Under the pieces are notes generated by a model, which saw nothing but the letters and a program-made list of their open reading frames with translations, was not told where the DNA came from and ran no database searches. From positions 1 through 62,146 of IMG/VR virus record IMGVR_UViG_3300021091_000076: a stretch of 62,146 nucleotides of DNA. One strand, written 5' to 3'. Position numbers and translations under genes: made by a program. Shown here piece after piece: positions 28,730 to 38,014 of the stretch. The DNA comes from a virus (taxonomy: Duplodnaviria > Caudoviricetes). Positions within the stretch are counted from its first letter, which is position 1; each line of letters begins with the position of its first letter.

Positions 28730-30460
28730 ATGGATGCAACTAACAATATCGCCACCGATTTATTTTATAAAATTAGAAGCAGATTTCAAGGCCTTAAATT
28801 AGGCAATGAAATGGGCCAAATCACCATTAATCCTGAAGGAGCACGGTTTTTTGATTTTGATTACATGGAAGGTGAAACGCCTATAGGGCATGTCAGTATT
28901 AGTCTAGCAGAACCTAATTCTATGAAAGTGTATTTCAGTTCGGGCATTACAGAATCAATGGACGGCAATCAAAAAGATAACTGGTACGGTTTTTTAAAAG
29001 AACTGCGCTCTTTTGCCAAAAGAAGATTAATGGCATTCGATACCAGAGATATTGCCAAAGACAATTTAGATCAAAGAGATTATGCTTTTTTAAGCCAACA
29101 TAATCAACCACAAAAACAAACACAGGATACAATCGTGAAACCCGTTGGAGAATCAATTATGAGTGAAAGTGCTATGTACGGTAGCAAGACTATGAGCTAT
29201 CAGAAATTAATGGATACAAGATTAATTATTAAGCACAGCAAAACATTAACAGATGATCAGCAACCAGGAGCAAGAACTAGAAATATTTCTGCACTTTTTG
29301 TTGAAAATCAAGACGGTGAGAGGTTTAAATATCCATTCATTCATTTGGCCGGTGCTCGAGCTATGCAACGCCATGTGGCCAATGGCGGACTTCCTTACGA
29401 CGAGCTAGGAAAGAGTATAGTACAAATGAGTGAAGAAATAGCACAGCTAAAAAGTTTTTCAAATTATGTTGTTCGAAACGATCTAATGAATTATGAAACA
29501 AATTCTATAGTTGAAAAATCTACTCAGGCATTAGATCAATTAAGAGAACAAATTAAGGCATTGAGTAAACAAGGTTATTATGCAGCATATAAGGAATCTT
29601 TTCAAACACAACAGCCTGTTGACATTCCAGAAGACGTAATTGAAGATTACACAGAAAAATTTACAGTAAGAAATTTTAAAGAAGACATCAAATCCGTTTT
29701 TCCTGTTTTATATAAATTGATGCAGGAAAATAACACCATAGGCTACGACGACATAGTCGCTATGACAACAGAAGAATCAGTAAATGACACAGCCGAAGTT
29801 GTTTTTAACGAAGAAGATAGTTTTGATCGTTTTGAATCTTGGGTAATGAGCCTAGGAGAAGAATCGGCAATTACCAGCGGCGATAATGAAGAGCAGCAGG
29901 CAGCACTACAAAAATTGCAAGAATTAGTAAAACAACATTTTCCTGCAGGCGTAGACGGAAGCAATGCTATTCAAAGTCTCAAAGGCATCATAGAAGATCC
30001 ACAATTATTCAAACAAATCAAAGATCAAAGTAAAGAAGATCCAGACGGCTGCGTCAGAGGTTTGGTCAAAGATTGGTTAGAATCAAATGCACCAGAAGTA
30101 GTAGATCAATTAGACTTCGGTGATTTCGTAGATGAACCAAAAGACGGTAAAGACAGCGATCAAGATGAAGAACCAACAGCAGGATTTGGTGCAGATCAAG
30201 AAGAAAAAGAATCTTCAGAAATGCAACAAAAAACCAGCGTACAAGATCTAGCAGAATTTATTCACAGTTTTTATGATCGTGATTCGGGAACATTCCCCAA
30301 AGGCCCAGAAGGCGTTTGCACAATGGTAGGCAAGAAGTTTGGTGAACAGGCAGAACAAGTTGCAAGAAAATTTGTAGAAAGAATGGCACCACAACAAAAT
30401 ACTAATCAAAATCCAGAGCTAGCCGAACTAGCAAGAATTAAAGAACTATCGGGCTTTTAA
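28730..30460 (+). CDS. Hypothetical late protein (576 aa), probably head-associated
   Basis: Preceded by TAAATA-N5-ATG. Acidic, with a C-terminal ELARIKELSG. Confidence 0.7.
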   Translation: MDATNNIATDLFYKIRSRFQGLKLGNEMGQITINPEGARFFDFDYMEGETPIGHVSISLAEPNSMKVYFSSGITESMDGNQKDNWYGFLKELRSFAKRRLMAFDTRDIAKDNLDQRDYAFLSQHNQPQKQTQDTIVKPVGESIMSESAMYGSKTMSYQKLMDTRLIIKHSKTLTDDQQPGARTRNISALFVENQDGERFKYPFIHLAGARAMQRHVANGGLPYDELGKSIVQMSEEIAQLKSFSNYVVRNDLMNYETNSIVEKSTQALDQLREQIKALSKQGYYAAYKESFQTQQPVDIPEDVIEDYTEKFTVRNFKEDIKSVFPVLYKLMQENNTIGYDDIVAMTTEESVNDTAEVVFNEEDSFDRFESWVMSLGEESAITSGDNEEQQAALQKLQELVKQHFPAGVDGSNAIQSLKGIIEDPQLFKQIKDQSKEDPDGCVRGLVKDWLESNAPEVVDQLDFGDFVDEPKDGKDSDQDEEPTAGFGADQEEKESSEMQQKTSVQDLAEFIHSFYDRDSGTFPKGPEGVCTMVGKKFGEQAEQVARKFVERMAPQQNTNQNPELAELARIKELSGF

Positions 30461-30480
30461 ATTTTTTTTTAAATAAATTA

Positions 30481-30504
30481 AAATGGGCACTTTGGTGCCC
30501 ATTT
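30481..30504 (+). terminator. Probable terminator hairpin
   Basis: AAATGGGCAC-TTTG-GTGCCCATTT. Confidence 0.65.
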
Positions 30505-30595
30505 CCTTGGCCAGAAAGCCAACGTAAGTTTTTGTAAGGCGTTATATATATACGCACAGCAATTTCGCTGTCGTTAATTTTAAAAGGAGATTTCT

Positions 30596-30781
30596 ATGAA
30601 ATCAGCATTAGTACTAGTCGCATCCCTATTTGCAGTATCCGCATTCGCACAAGCACCAGCTGCCCCAGCAAAGAAAGAAGAAGCCAAGCCAGCCGTAGCC
30701 GCACCTGCCGCTAAGAAAGACGAGAAGAAGGTCGAGCCTGCCAAAAGCGACGCTAAAAAAGCCGAGCCTGCTAAGAAGTAA
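30596..30781 (+). CDS. Small exported Lys/Ala/Pro-rich protein
   Basis: AAGGAG RBS, signal peptide MKSALVLVASLFAVSAFA and PAKK/EPAK repeats. Confidence 0.8.
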   Translation: MKSALVLVASLFAVSAFAQAPAAPAKKEEAKPAVAAPAAKKDEKKVEPAKSDAKKAEPAKK

Positions 30782-30824
30782 TCCAACTCGAATAGTTGTT
30801 CTAATATTTGATGATTGTGAAATC

Positions 30825-30974
30825 GTGTACGTATTTGAAGATGCAGTACATCGAAGCTACAGCAGACCAAAATTAGAAGAACTGGCCGAAGATGATCTTC
30901 CTGAATATATCAAGTGGAGATTATTCTTAGCTAGACAACTAGCTCTTTTACAATATAAAAAAATCCACGGTTAA
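30825..30974 (+). CDS. Small ORF absent from the ORF track; start uncertain (frame open from 30699, no ATG)
   Basis: Reads ...VYVFEDAVHRSYSRPKLEELAEDDLPEYIKWRLFLARQLALLQYKKIHG* and fills the gap up to the terminator. Confidence 0.5.
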   Translation: MYVFEDAVHRSYSRPKLEELAEDDLPEYIKWRLFLARQLALLQYKKIHG

Positions 30975-30989
30975 TCCGTGGATTTTTTT
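30957..30989 (+). terminator. Intrinsic terminator
   Basis: AAAAAAATCCACGG-TTAAT-CCGTGGATTTTTTT. Confidence 0.85.
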
Positions 30990-31023
30990 GGTGAATTTAT
31001 TTTCAGTTTTGATTAACAATCTA

Positions 31024-31052
31024 TTGCAAAAGCTAAATAAAAAGCGCATAAT
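31024..31052 (+). promoter_or_regulatory. Dual promoter of gene 32: sigma70-type with a nested late box
   Basis: TTGCAA-17 nt-CATAAT, with TAAATA (31034-31039) in the spacer. Confidence 0.6.
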
Positions 31053-31111
31053 ATATGTTATGCGAAAGGCATATAACAGTCATTTACACAAAGGCATAAG
31101 GAGGCTATAAA

Positions 31112-32092
31112 ATGGCAACACTAGCAGAAATTCGTGCTAAACTTCAAGAAGCACAAAACAAGAGCACAGGCTCTACATCAAGCGGCGGCGACAACGCAAT
31201 TTACCCCCACTGGAACATGCAAGAAGGCAAAGAAGCCGTAGTACGTTTCTTACCTGACGGTAATACCAACAACACTTTCTTCTGGGTAGAACGTGCGATG
31301 ATTAAATTAGAATTCGCAGGCGTCAAGGGAGAAACCGATAATCGTAAAGTACAGGTGCAAGTACCATGTGTAGAAATGTACAACGATGGATCAGTATGTC
31401 CTATTCTATCAGAAGTACGTGGTTGGTTCAAAGACAAGAGTCTTGAAGAAATGGGTCGTAAGTATTGGAAGAAACGTTCGTATATCTTCCAAGGTTTTGT
31501 AGTTGAAGATGCTCTCAAAGAAGAAAAGACCCCAGAAAATCCTATCCGTAGATTTATCATCGGTCCTCAGATTTATCAAATCATCCGTTCAGCATTGATG
31601 GACCCAGAGTTGGAAGAGTTGCCAACCGACTACCTCCGTGGTGTTGACTTCCGTATCGCAAAAACCAGCAAAGGTGGTTTCGCTGATTACTCTACTTCTA
31701 AATGGAGTCGTCGCGAACGTACACTAACTGACGCTGAAAAAGCAGCCGTAGGCCAATATAGTCTATTTAATCTTTCAGATTTCCTACCTAAGAAACCAAC
31801 CGATGTTGAACTTAAGGTTATGAAGGAAATGTTTGAAGCCTCGGTTAACGGAGAAGCCTATGACATGGATCGTTGGGGCCAATATTTTAAACCTGCGGGC
31901 ATGAATGCTGCCACAGGCGATCCTAATAAACCAGTTGCCAAACCTGCACCAACAGCCAGCGAAGAAGAAGCACCCTGGGAAGAACCAGCAGTCGCAGCTC
32001 CAGCAGTAAAGCCGGCGGCCCCTGCAGCTTCAACAGAAAGTGCTAGTCGTGCGCAAGATATCCTTGCCATGATTCGCAATCGTCAAAAGTAA
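31112..32092 (+). CDS. gp32: Single-stranded DNA-binding protein
   Basis: AVVRFLP, KYWKKRSY, GVDFRIAK and ADYSTSKW motifs. Strong AAGGAGG RBS. Adjacent to uvsX. Confidence 0.88.
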   Translation: MATLAEIRAKLQEAQNKSTGSTSSGGDNAIYPHWNMQEGKEAVVRFLPDGNTNNTFFWVERAMIKLEFAGVKGETDNRKVQVQVPCVEMYNDGSVCPILSEVRGWFKDKSLEEMGRKYWKKRSYIFQGFVVEDALKEEKTPENPIRRFIIGPQIYQIIRSALMDPELEELPTDYLRGVDFRIAKTSKGGFADYSTSKWSRRERTLTDAEKAAVGQYSLFNLSDFLPKKPTDVELKVMKEMFEASVNGEAYDMDRWGQYFKPAGMNAATGDPNKPVAKPAPTASEEEAPWEEPAVAAPAVKPAAPAASTESASRAQDILAMIRNRQK

Positions 32093-32103
32093 TAACTAAA
32101 CTC

Positions 32104-32131
32104 GAGAGTACGGGCTAATGTCCGTACTCTC
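32104..32131 (+). other. Intergenic RNA hairpin without a U-tract
   Basis: GAGAGTACGGGC-TAAT-GTCCGTACTCTC (12 bp including one G-U pair). Confidence 0.7.
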
Positions 32132-32153
32132 TAACCATTACAGGAGAATAAAA

Positions 32154-32345
32154 ATGGCAAAATTAGACAAACTAGCAAAAGTTAGTGAACAGATCACACT
32201 CAATCGTTACGACAACGGTTGGATGATTGAAATTGGTGGTAGAGATAAAAAAGAAGAATGGAAAAACACTAAAACAATGTGCAACACTGAAGAAGAAGTA
32301 CTTGCAGTTATCCAAGAGTGGAATTCTAAGGATTTGGAAAGTTAA
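32154..32345 (+). CDS. Hypothetical protein
   Basis: AGGAG RBS before MAKLDK. Contains a YDNGWMIEI motif. Confidence 0.7.
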   Translation: MAKLDKLAKVSEQITLNRYDNGWMIEIGGRDKKEEWKNTKTMCNTEEEVLAVIQEWNSKDLES

Positions 32346-32347
32346 TC

Positions 32348-33427
32348 ATGGCAAAAGCATTCGATATTTCAAAATTTAGAAAGTCTATTACTAAGAGTAT
32401 CGAAGGTCTTAGTATCGGCTTCAACGATCCCACAGACTGGGTTTCAACAGGTAACTATGCATTGAATTATTTGATCAGCGGCGATTTTCATAAAGGTGTT
32501 CCTCTTGGTAAAGTCACTGTGTTTGCTGGTGAATCTGGTGCCGGCAAATCATATATCTGTTCTGGCAATCTTATTAAAGCAGCGCAGGCACAAGGAATTT
32601 ATCCTATCTTGATCGATACAGAAAATGCTCTTGATGAAGATTGGCTTAAGGCATTAGGTGTAGATACCGCCGAAGATAAACTTCTCAAACTTAACATGGC
32701 TATGATTGATGATGTAGCTAAGACTATTACAGAATTTGTTGCTGAATACAAAGCCATGCCTGAAGATAGTCGTCCTAAGGTATTATTCGTATTAGATTCT
32801 TTAGGAATGTTACTGACGCCAACAGATGTAAATCAATTCGAGGCAGGCGATTTAAAAGGCGATCTTGGTAGGAAAGCCAAGAGCCTTACAGCCCTAGTTC
32901 GTAATTGTGTGAACATGTTTGGTAGCCTGAACATTGGCCTAGTAGCGACTAATCACACATACGCTAGCCAAGACATGTTTGATCCAGACGACAAGATCTC
33001 AGGCGGACAAGGGTTCATTTACGCAAGTTCTATCGTGGTTGCCATGAGAAAACTCAAACTAAAAGAAGATGAGGATGGCAACAAGATCACTGAAGTAAAA
33101 GGTATACGTGCAGCCTGTAAGATCATGAAAACACGTTACGCTAAGCCTTTTGAATCAGTACAGGTCAAGATCCCTTACGAAACCGGTATGAATCCCTATA
33201 GCGGACTTGTCGACCTTGCTGAAGGAAAAACTATTCTTCAGAAAGACGGCAATAGATTGTCATATACTACTAGCGACGGCGAAATTATCAAACTTTATCG
33301 CAAGGAATGGGAACGTAACGAAGCCGGTAGCCTAGATAAACTAATGGAAGACATTTCAAAACATGGTGAAAAAACTGCAACTGAGATAACTAATACTGTT
33401 AACTTAAACTTGGAGGTTGCGGAATGA
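32348..33427 (+). CDS. uvsX: RecA-like recombinase UvsX
   Basis: AGESGAGKS, IDTENAL, LDSLG, TNHTY and ISGGQG motifs. Confidence 0.93.
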   Translation: MAKAFDISKFRKSITKSIEGLSIGFNDPTDWVSTGNYALNYLISGDFHKGVPLGKVTVFAGESGAGKSYICSGNLIKAAQAQGIYPILIDTENALDEDWLKALGVDTAEDKLLKLNMAMIDDVAKTITEFVAEYKAMPEDSRPKVLFVLDSLGMLLTPTDVNQFEAGDLKGDLGRKAKSLTALVRNCVNMFGSLNIGLVATNHTYASQDMFDPDDKISGGQGFIYASSIVVAMRKLKLKEDEDGNKITEVKGIRAACKIMKTRYAKPFESVQVKIPYETGMNPYSGLVDLAEGKTILQKDGNRLSYTTSDGEIIKLYRKEWERNEAGSLDKLMEDISKHGEKTATEITNTVNLNLEVAE

Positions 33428-33657
33428 AAGAAGATTTGATTGCGGATATCTGGACATTAGTTATTGAACATATTCCTGAGAAACATCGCAAAGATCTTGC
33501 AGCAGATTTTGTTAATACTTTGCTTGATTATGGTATCAAAGAATCAACTCTGCAAGGACTCGTTGGTGTCGACAATTATCTAGACGATGCAATTGATTAT
33601 GCTATCGACGGCGAAGAAATCGAAGAAGAAAACGATTACTACGAAGATGAGGAATAA
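33424..33657 (+). CDS. Hypothetical acidic protein
   Basis: GGAGG RBS. Coupled between uvsX and uvsY. Confidence 0.7.
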   Translation: MKEDLIADIWTLVIEHIPEKHRKDLAADFVNTLLDYGIKESTLQGLVGVDNYLDDAIDYAIDGEEIEEENDYYEDEE

Positions 33658-34113
33658 ATGAATTGGTATGATCGAGTTTCAAAAGACATTTCAAACATAC
33701 CAGATGCCGTGGCATTTTATGAAGCCGAATTGTTGGCTGCAAAACAAGATGCTCGCATAACAGGAAATATTGAAAAAGCATCTGCTGCAATGCCGGGCAT
33801 CGTTGAAAATCGATTTAATCAACTTCAAGAGATAGAAGCTGTTTTAGAATATCTTAACATCGAATTACGCAGACTGCGCAGTCAACATTTTCGTAAATAT
33901 CTTGAAAATTATCAACGCAGCCTGTCCTCTAGAGACTGTGAAAAATTTGTAGAGGGCGAGGCTGACGTCGTTGATTTTGAAAAGATTATAAATGATTTTG
34001 CTCTGTTAAGAAATAAATGGTTGGGCATTATCAAAGCGTTAGATATCAAACAATGGCAGTTATCAAATATTGTTAAATTAAGAACTGCCGGATTAGAAGA
34101 TGCAACATTATGA
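33658..34113 (+). CDS. uvsY: Recombination mediator UvsY
   Basis: Helical 151-aa protein with KYLE...EKFVEGE and IKALDIKQWQLSNIVKLR. Located next to uvsX. Confidence 0.8.
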   Translation: MNWYDRVSKDISNIPDAVAFYEAELLAAKQDARITGNIEKASAAMPGIVENRFNQLQEIEAVLEYLNIELRRLRSQHFRKYLENYQRSLSSRDCEKFVEGEADVVDFEKIINDFALLRNKWLGIIKALDIKQWQLSNIVKLRTAGLEDATL

Positions 34114-35090
34114 ATGTATTAGTTACAGGTGGCCTGGGTCTTATAGGTCATAACATTGTTAGTAAATTGACAAAACTTGGTCACAAAGTTATAGTCTACG
34201 ATAGTTGTACAAATTACGGAGTAATTCCTCAATCTGAAATAGATTATCTAATTAATGAGCGTAAAAAAATAATAGGCAATGTTGAAATCCATGAAATGGA
34301 TATTATGCAAAGCAGCATTTTTGATTGGTTATTGCCTAGTCATAATATAGATACTATCATTCATCTAGCTTCATTTCCTAGACAAAAAGTAGTAAACTCT
34401 GATCCTGTCCGGGGCAGTGCCGTAATGAGCACAGGTTTATTATTGTTGCTAGAAAAAGCTGTGAAACACAAAGTTCGAAGATTCGTCTACGCTAGCAGTA
34501 GTATGGTCTACGGAGACTTTACAAATTTCGTAAGCGAAGATGCAATATGTAGACCTCAGGGTCAATATGGCATATTGAAATTAGCCGGAGAATGGTTAGT
34601 ACGTGATTATTCTAGAAAATACGGATTAGAACATACCATTCTTAGACCTAGTGCAGTATATGGTCCATTAGATGTGGAGGATAGAGTAATATCCAAATTT
34701 CTTTTGACTGCTATGCGAGGACAAACTCTTAAGGTAAATGGTAGAAATGAAACTTTAGATTTTACCTATGTCGATGATGCCGCCGATGGTTTTGTAAATG
34801 CTACACTTTCACAAAAAACAATAAATCAAACTTATAATATCACGAAAAGTCACAGTAAAACATTATTAGCAGCAGCAGAACTAGCTGTAAGATTAGTCGG
34901 AAAAGGCAGTATTGAAGTTCGAGAAAAAGATGCAGACTTTCCCAGCAGGGGTGCTTTAGATATTACAGCAGCTCGACGAGATTTTAATTTTGACCCAAAA
35001 ATAGATATAGAAGAAGGATTTGAAATCTATTATAACTGGTTAATAGAATCGGAATATTGGCAATCTAATCTAAAAAATACAATTATCTGA
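34110..35090 (+). CDS. NAD-dependent epimerase/dehydratase
   Basis: TGGLGLIG, ASSSMVYG, YGILK (YxxxK) and DFTYVDD motifs. Confidence 0.92.
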   Translation: MNVLVTGGLGLIGHNIVSKLTKLGHKVIVYDSCTNYGVIPQSEIDYLINERKKIIGNVEIHEMDIMQSSIFDWLLPSHNIDTIIHLASFPRQKVVNSDPVRGSAVMSTGLLLLLEKAVKHKVRRFVYASSSMVYGDFTNFVSEDAICRPQGQYGILKLAGEWLVRDYSRKYGLEHTILRPSAVYGPLDVEDRVISKFLLTAMRGQTLKVNGRNETLDFTYVDDAADGFVNATLSQKTINQTYNITKSHSKTLLAAAELAVRLVGKGSIEVREKDADFPSRGALDITAARRDFNFDPKIDIEEGFEIYYNWLIESEYWQSNLKNTII

Positions 35091-35093
35091 GCA

Positions 35094-35101
35094 TATAAAT
35101 A
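35094..35101 (+). promoter_or_regulatory. Full T4 late consensus TATAAATA, leaderless spacing
   Basis: TATAAATA-CTAGC-ATG(35107). Confidence 0.8.
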
Positions 35102-35106
35102 CTAGC

Positions 35107-35868
35107 ATGAAAAAAATCGTGCTAGTCACAGGGGGATTTGACCCCATACATTCTGGGCATATTGCCTATTTCAAAGCTGCCAAAACCCTAGGCGATCATT
35201 TAATCGTTGGCCTAAACAGTGACGACTGGCTTGAAAGGAAAAAAGGCCGGGCATTTATGCCTTGGAACGAAAGATTATGCGTTATAAACAATCTGTCAAT
35301 GGTAGATGAAGTTTATACGTTTGATGACACAGACGGATCTGCTAAATCATTTATTCAACAAGTAAGGGCTCATTATCCTGAAGCCGAATTAATTTTTGCC
35401 AACGGTGGGGATAGAACAGCTAAAAATATTCCAGAAATGGATATTATAGATCCTAATATTTGTTTTGAATTCGGAATAGGGGGCGAAGATAAAAAGAATT
35501 CTAGTTCTTGGATTCTTGAAGAATGGAAGGCTCCGAAAACTGAAAGACAATGGGGATACTTTAGAGTATTACACGAAGTTCCCGGAATGAAAGTGAAAGA
35601 ATTAACTGTAAATCCGGGTAAGAGCCTTTCTATGCAAAGACACTTTTTTAGATCAGAGTATTGGATAGTCAGCGAGGGTCGTGCAGCAGTTCGTCAATTA
35701 ACCACTAGCGGATATGAATTACCGACCAAAGAATTAGAAAAACATTCTGAATTCGATATACCTGTGACTGGTTGGCATCAGCTACATAATCCATATGATG
35801 AGCCTTGCAAGATCGTAGAAATTCAATACGGAGAAAACTGTATAGAAGAGGACATCGAAAGAAAATGA
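35107..35868 (+). CDS. Cytidylyltransferase-like domain fused to a type II mannose-6-phosphate isomerase-like cupin
   Basis: GGFDPIHSGH and ANGGDR, then RQWGYFRVL, VNPGKSLSMQRH and VEIQYGENCIEEDIER. Confidence 0.88.
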   Translation: MKKIVLVTGGFDPIHSGHIAYFKAAKTLGDHLIVGLNSDDWLERKKGRAFMPWNERLCVINNLSMVDEVYTFDDTDGSAKSFIQQVRAHYPEAELIFANGGDRTAKNIPEMDIIDPNICFEFGIGGEDKKNSSSWILEEWKAPKTERQWGYFRVLHEVPGMKVKELTVNPGKSLSMQRHFFRSEYWIVSEGRAAVRQLTTSGYELPTKELEKHSEFDIPVTGWHQLHNPYDEPCKIVEIQYGENCIEEDIERK

Positions 35869-36545
35869 TTCCTGTGTTTATAGGTTACGATCCCAGAGAA
35901 GCCATAGCCTTTCACGTCTGTTCAAACAGTATAATTCGTCATTCTAGTCAGCCCGTCAGCATTTCGCCGTTAGCTTTAAACATACTCAAAGATTACAAAG
36001 AAACACACACCGACGGCAGCAACCATTTCATATACAGTAGATTTTTAGTTCCTCACCTAATGAATTATAACGGCTGGGCGTTATTCATCGACGGAGATAT
36101 GTTATTGAGAGATGACATATCAAATCTTTGGAATCTTAGAGACGAATCTAAAGCAGTAATGGTAGTAAAACATGAATATTCAACTAGAATGACTGAAAAG
36201 TATTTAGGATCTAAGAATGAAAATTATCCTAGAAAAAATTGGAGTAGTGTTATATTATGGAATTGTAAGCATTCTGCGAATAAATTAGTAACTCCCGACT
36301 ATATTCAGAATGCCACTGGCGCACAAGTACATAGATTTTCTTGGTTGACTGATGACCTAATAGGAGAAATCCCAAAAGAATGGAATTGGTTAGATATTGA
36401 ATATGATCATAATCCTGATGCTAAACTAGTTCATTATACCTTAGGTTCTCCATGCTTCCACGAGTTTGCAGATAAAGGTAGTTTTAGCAACGAATGGCAT
36501 AGAGAAAGAATCTACACAGAATATTGTCAACAGAAAGATATATGA
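35865..36545 (+). CDS. GT-A glycosyltransferase (GT8-like)
   Basis: VFIGYDPRE, SRFLVP, FIDGDM (DxD), YPRKNWSS and HYTLG motifs. Confidence 0.8.
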   Translation: MIPVFIGYDPREAIAFHVCSNSIIRHSSQPVSISPLALNILKDYKETHTDGSNHFIYSRFLVPHLMNYNGWALFIDGDMLLRDDISNLWNLRDESKAVMVVKHEYSTRMTEKYLGSKNENYPRKNWSSVILWNCKHSANKLVTPDYIQNATGAQVHRFSWLTDDLIGEIPKEWNWLDIEYDHNPDAKLVHYTLGSPCFHEFADKGSFSNEWHRERIYTEYCQQKDI

Positions 36546-37369
36546 ACAATTGGTTATTTCTTAGTAAAGACGGCCAGGATGAATATGTAAACATGTTCGC
36601 CATAGGGACCGGTGGGCGAGTAGTGTCTACTCAAGATTTTATCTTTGAAGATTCAAACGATCCATTAGTAATACGAGGTATACTGAAAAAGAAAATCATA
36701 CAAGAATGTTGGCGAACCACTAGAGATTTTTATTTTATTGACACTGGCTATCTAGGAAATCAAAAAGGACCTTTAAACCCCATGGGTTGGAAATATTATC
36801 ATCGTATAGTAAAAAATGATTTACAATATTCCGGAGATATTATTTCTAGGCGGGATGATCGATTTAAAAAATTAATGATTCCCATTAGCCCTTGGAAACG
36901 AGGCGGTCGAAAAATTTTAATAGCAAAACCAGACGATAAGCCTATGAGATTTTATGGTCTTCATTTAGAGCAATGGTTGGAAGAAACTATCAATGTTATT
37001 AAACAATATACCGATAAAGAAATTGTAGTAAGAGAAAGGGTGAAAAGCAGAACTGACAGAATGGTACATAACACTCTCAAAGAAGCGTTAGATGACGACG
37101 TACATTGTTTAGTTACTTTCAATAGCAATTCTGCTACAGAATCTATACTACATGGTATACCTGCATTCACACTAGCACCAAGCCATGCTGCTAGTCCTGT
37201 AACTAGCAACGATCTATCAAAGATTGAAAGCCCTTATTATCCCGATAGAGACAAAGTATACGCATGGGCTTGTCACTTAGCTTATTTGCAATTCCATAAT
37301 AATGAATTGCGCGATGGATCAGCCAAGAGAATAATAGAAGAAACATATGGAAAAATTAAGACTTCCTAA
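36542..37369 (+). CDS. GT-B-like protein (capsule-synthesis/KpsS-like), paralogue 1
   Basis: FIDTGY, VVRER, LVTFNSNSATESILHGIP and WACHLAYLQF motifs. Confidence 0.6.
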   Translation: MNNWLFLSKDGQDEYVNMFAIGTGGRVVSTQDFIFEDSNDPLVIRGILKKKIIQECWRTTRDFYFIDTGYLGNQKGPLNPMGWKYYHRIVKNDLQYSGDIISRRDDRFKKLMIPISPWKRGGRKILIAKPDDKPMRFYGLHLEQWLEETINVIKQYTDKEIVVRERVKSRTDRMVHNTLKEALDDDVHCLVTFNSNSATESILHGIPAFTLAPSHAASPVTSNDLSKIESPYYPDRDKVYAWACHLAYLQFHNNELRDGSAKRIIEETYGKIKTS

Positions 37370-38012
37370 AGATAGTTATTTTTACACTCTAGAAAAAAAT
37401 AACGAAATATTAAATTTTGGAAAACCGTCGAGAGATATAGCATTATCTCATGTAAAAAATCACAGAACTGTTATAGACATCGGAGCTCACATAGGTATTA
37501 GCGTGTTACAATGGTCCAAGTTATTTAAAAATGTCTATGCTTTTGAACCTATGTTAGAGCATTATGAATGTTTGATTTCTAACACCAACAATTTAACAAA
37601 CGTCGAATGTTTTAATTATGCCCTAAGTAACGAAACATCGATAAAAAATGCTGCATATAGAACACTAAAAAACAGCGGAAGTTTTCAATTGTTGGATGAT
37701 CAATATCAACAACCTTCGAAGAAACCACCTAGGCAACTATATCAAGTAGAAACTAAAAAATTAGATGATCACAATTTTACAGAGATAGATTTAATTAAGA
37801 TAGATGTTGAAGGTTGGGAGCTAGAAGTATTGTTAGGAGCAAAATCTACCATCATCAAGAATTCTCCTGTACTGATTGTAGAATTTACTGGAGGGAATTC
37901 AAGTAAAAGTTTGCATAGATATGATGTAAACCTCTATAACGAATTTATAAACGAAATAGGATATATCCCCGTAGGATCCTATGACGACGACATAATATAT
38001 ATAAAAGGATAA
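37347..38012 (+). CDS. FkbM-family methyltransferase
   Basis: VIDIGAHIG, AFEP and IKIDVEGWE motifs. Confidence 0.9.
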   Translation: MEKLRLPKDSYFYTLEKNNEILNFGKPSRDIALSHVKNHRTVIDIGAHIGISVLQWSKLFKNVYAFEPMLEHYECLISNTNNLTNVECFNYALSNETSIKNAAYRTLKNSGSFQLLDDQYQQPSKKPPRQLYQVETKKLDDHNFTEIDLIKIDVEGWELEVLLGAKSTIIKNSPVLIVEFTGGNSSKSLHRYDVNLYNEFINEIGYIPVGSYDDDIIYIKG

Positions 38013-38014
38013 AC

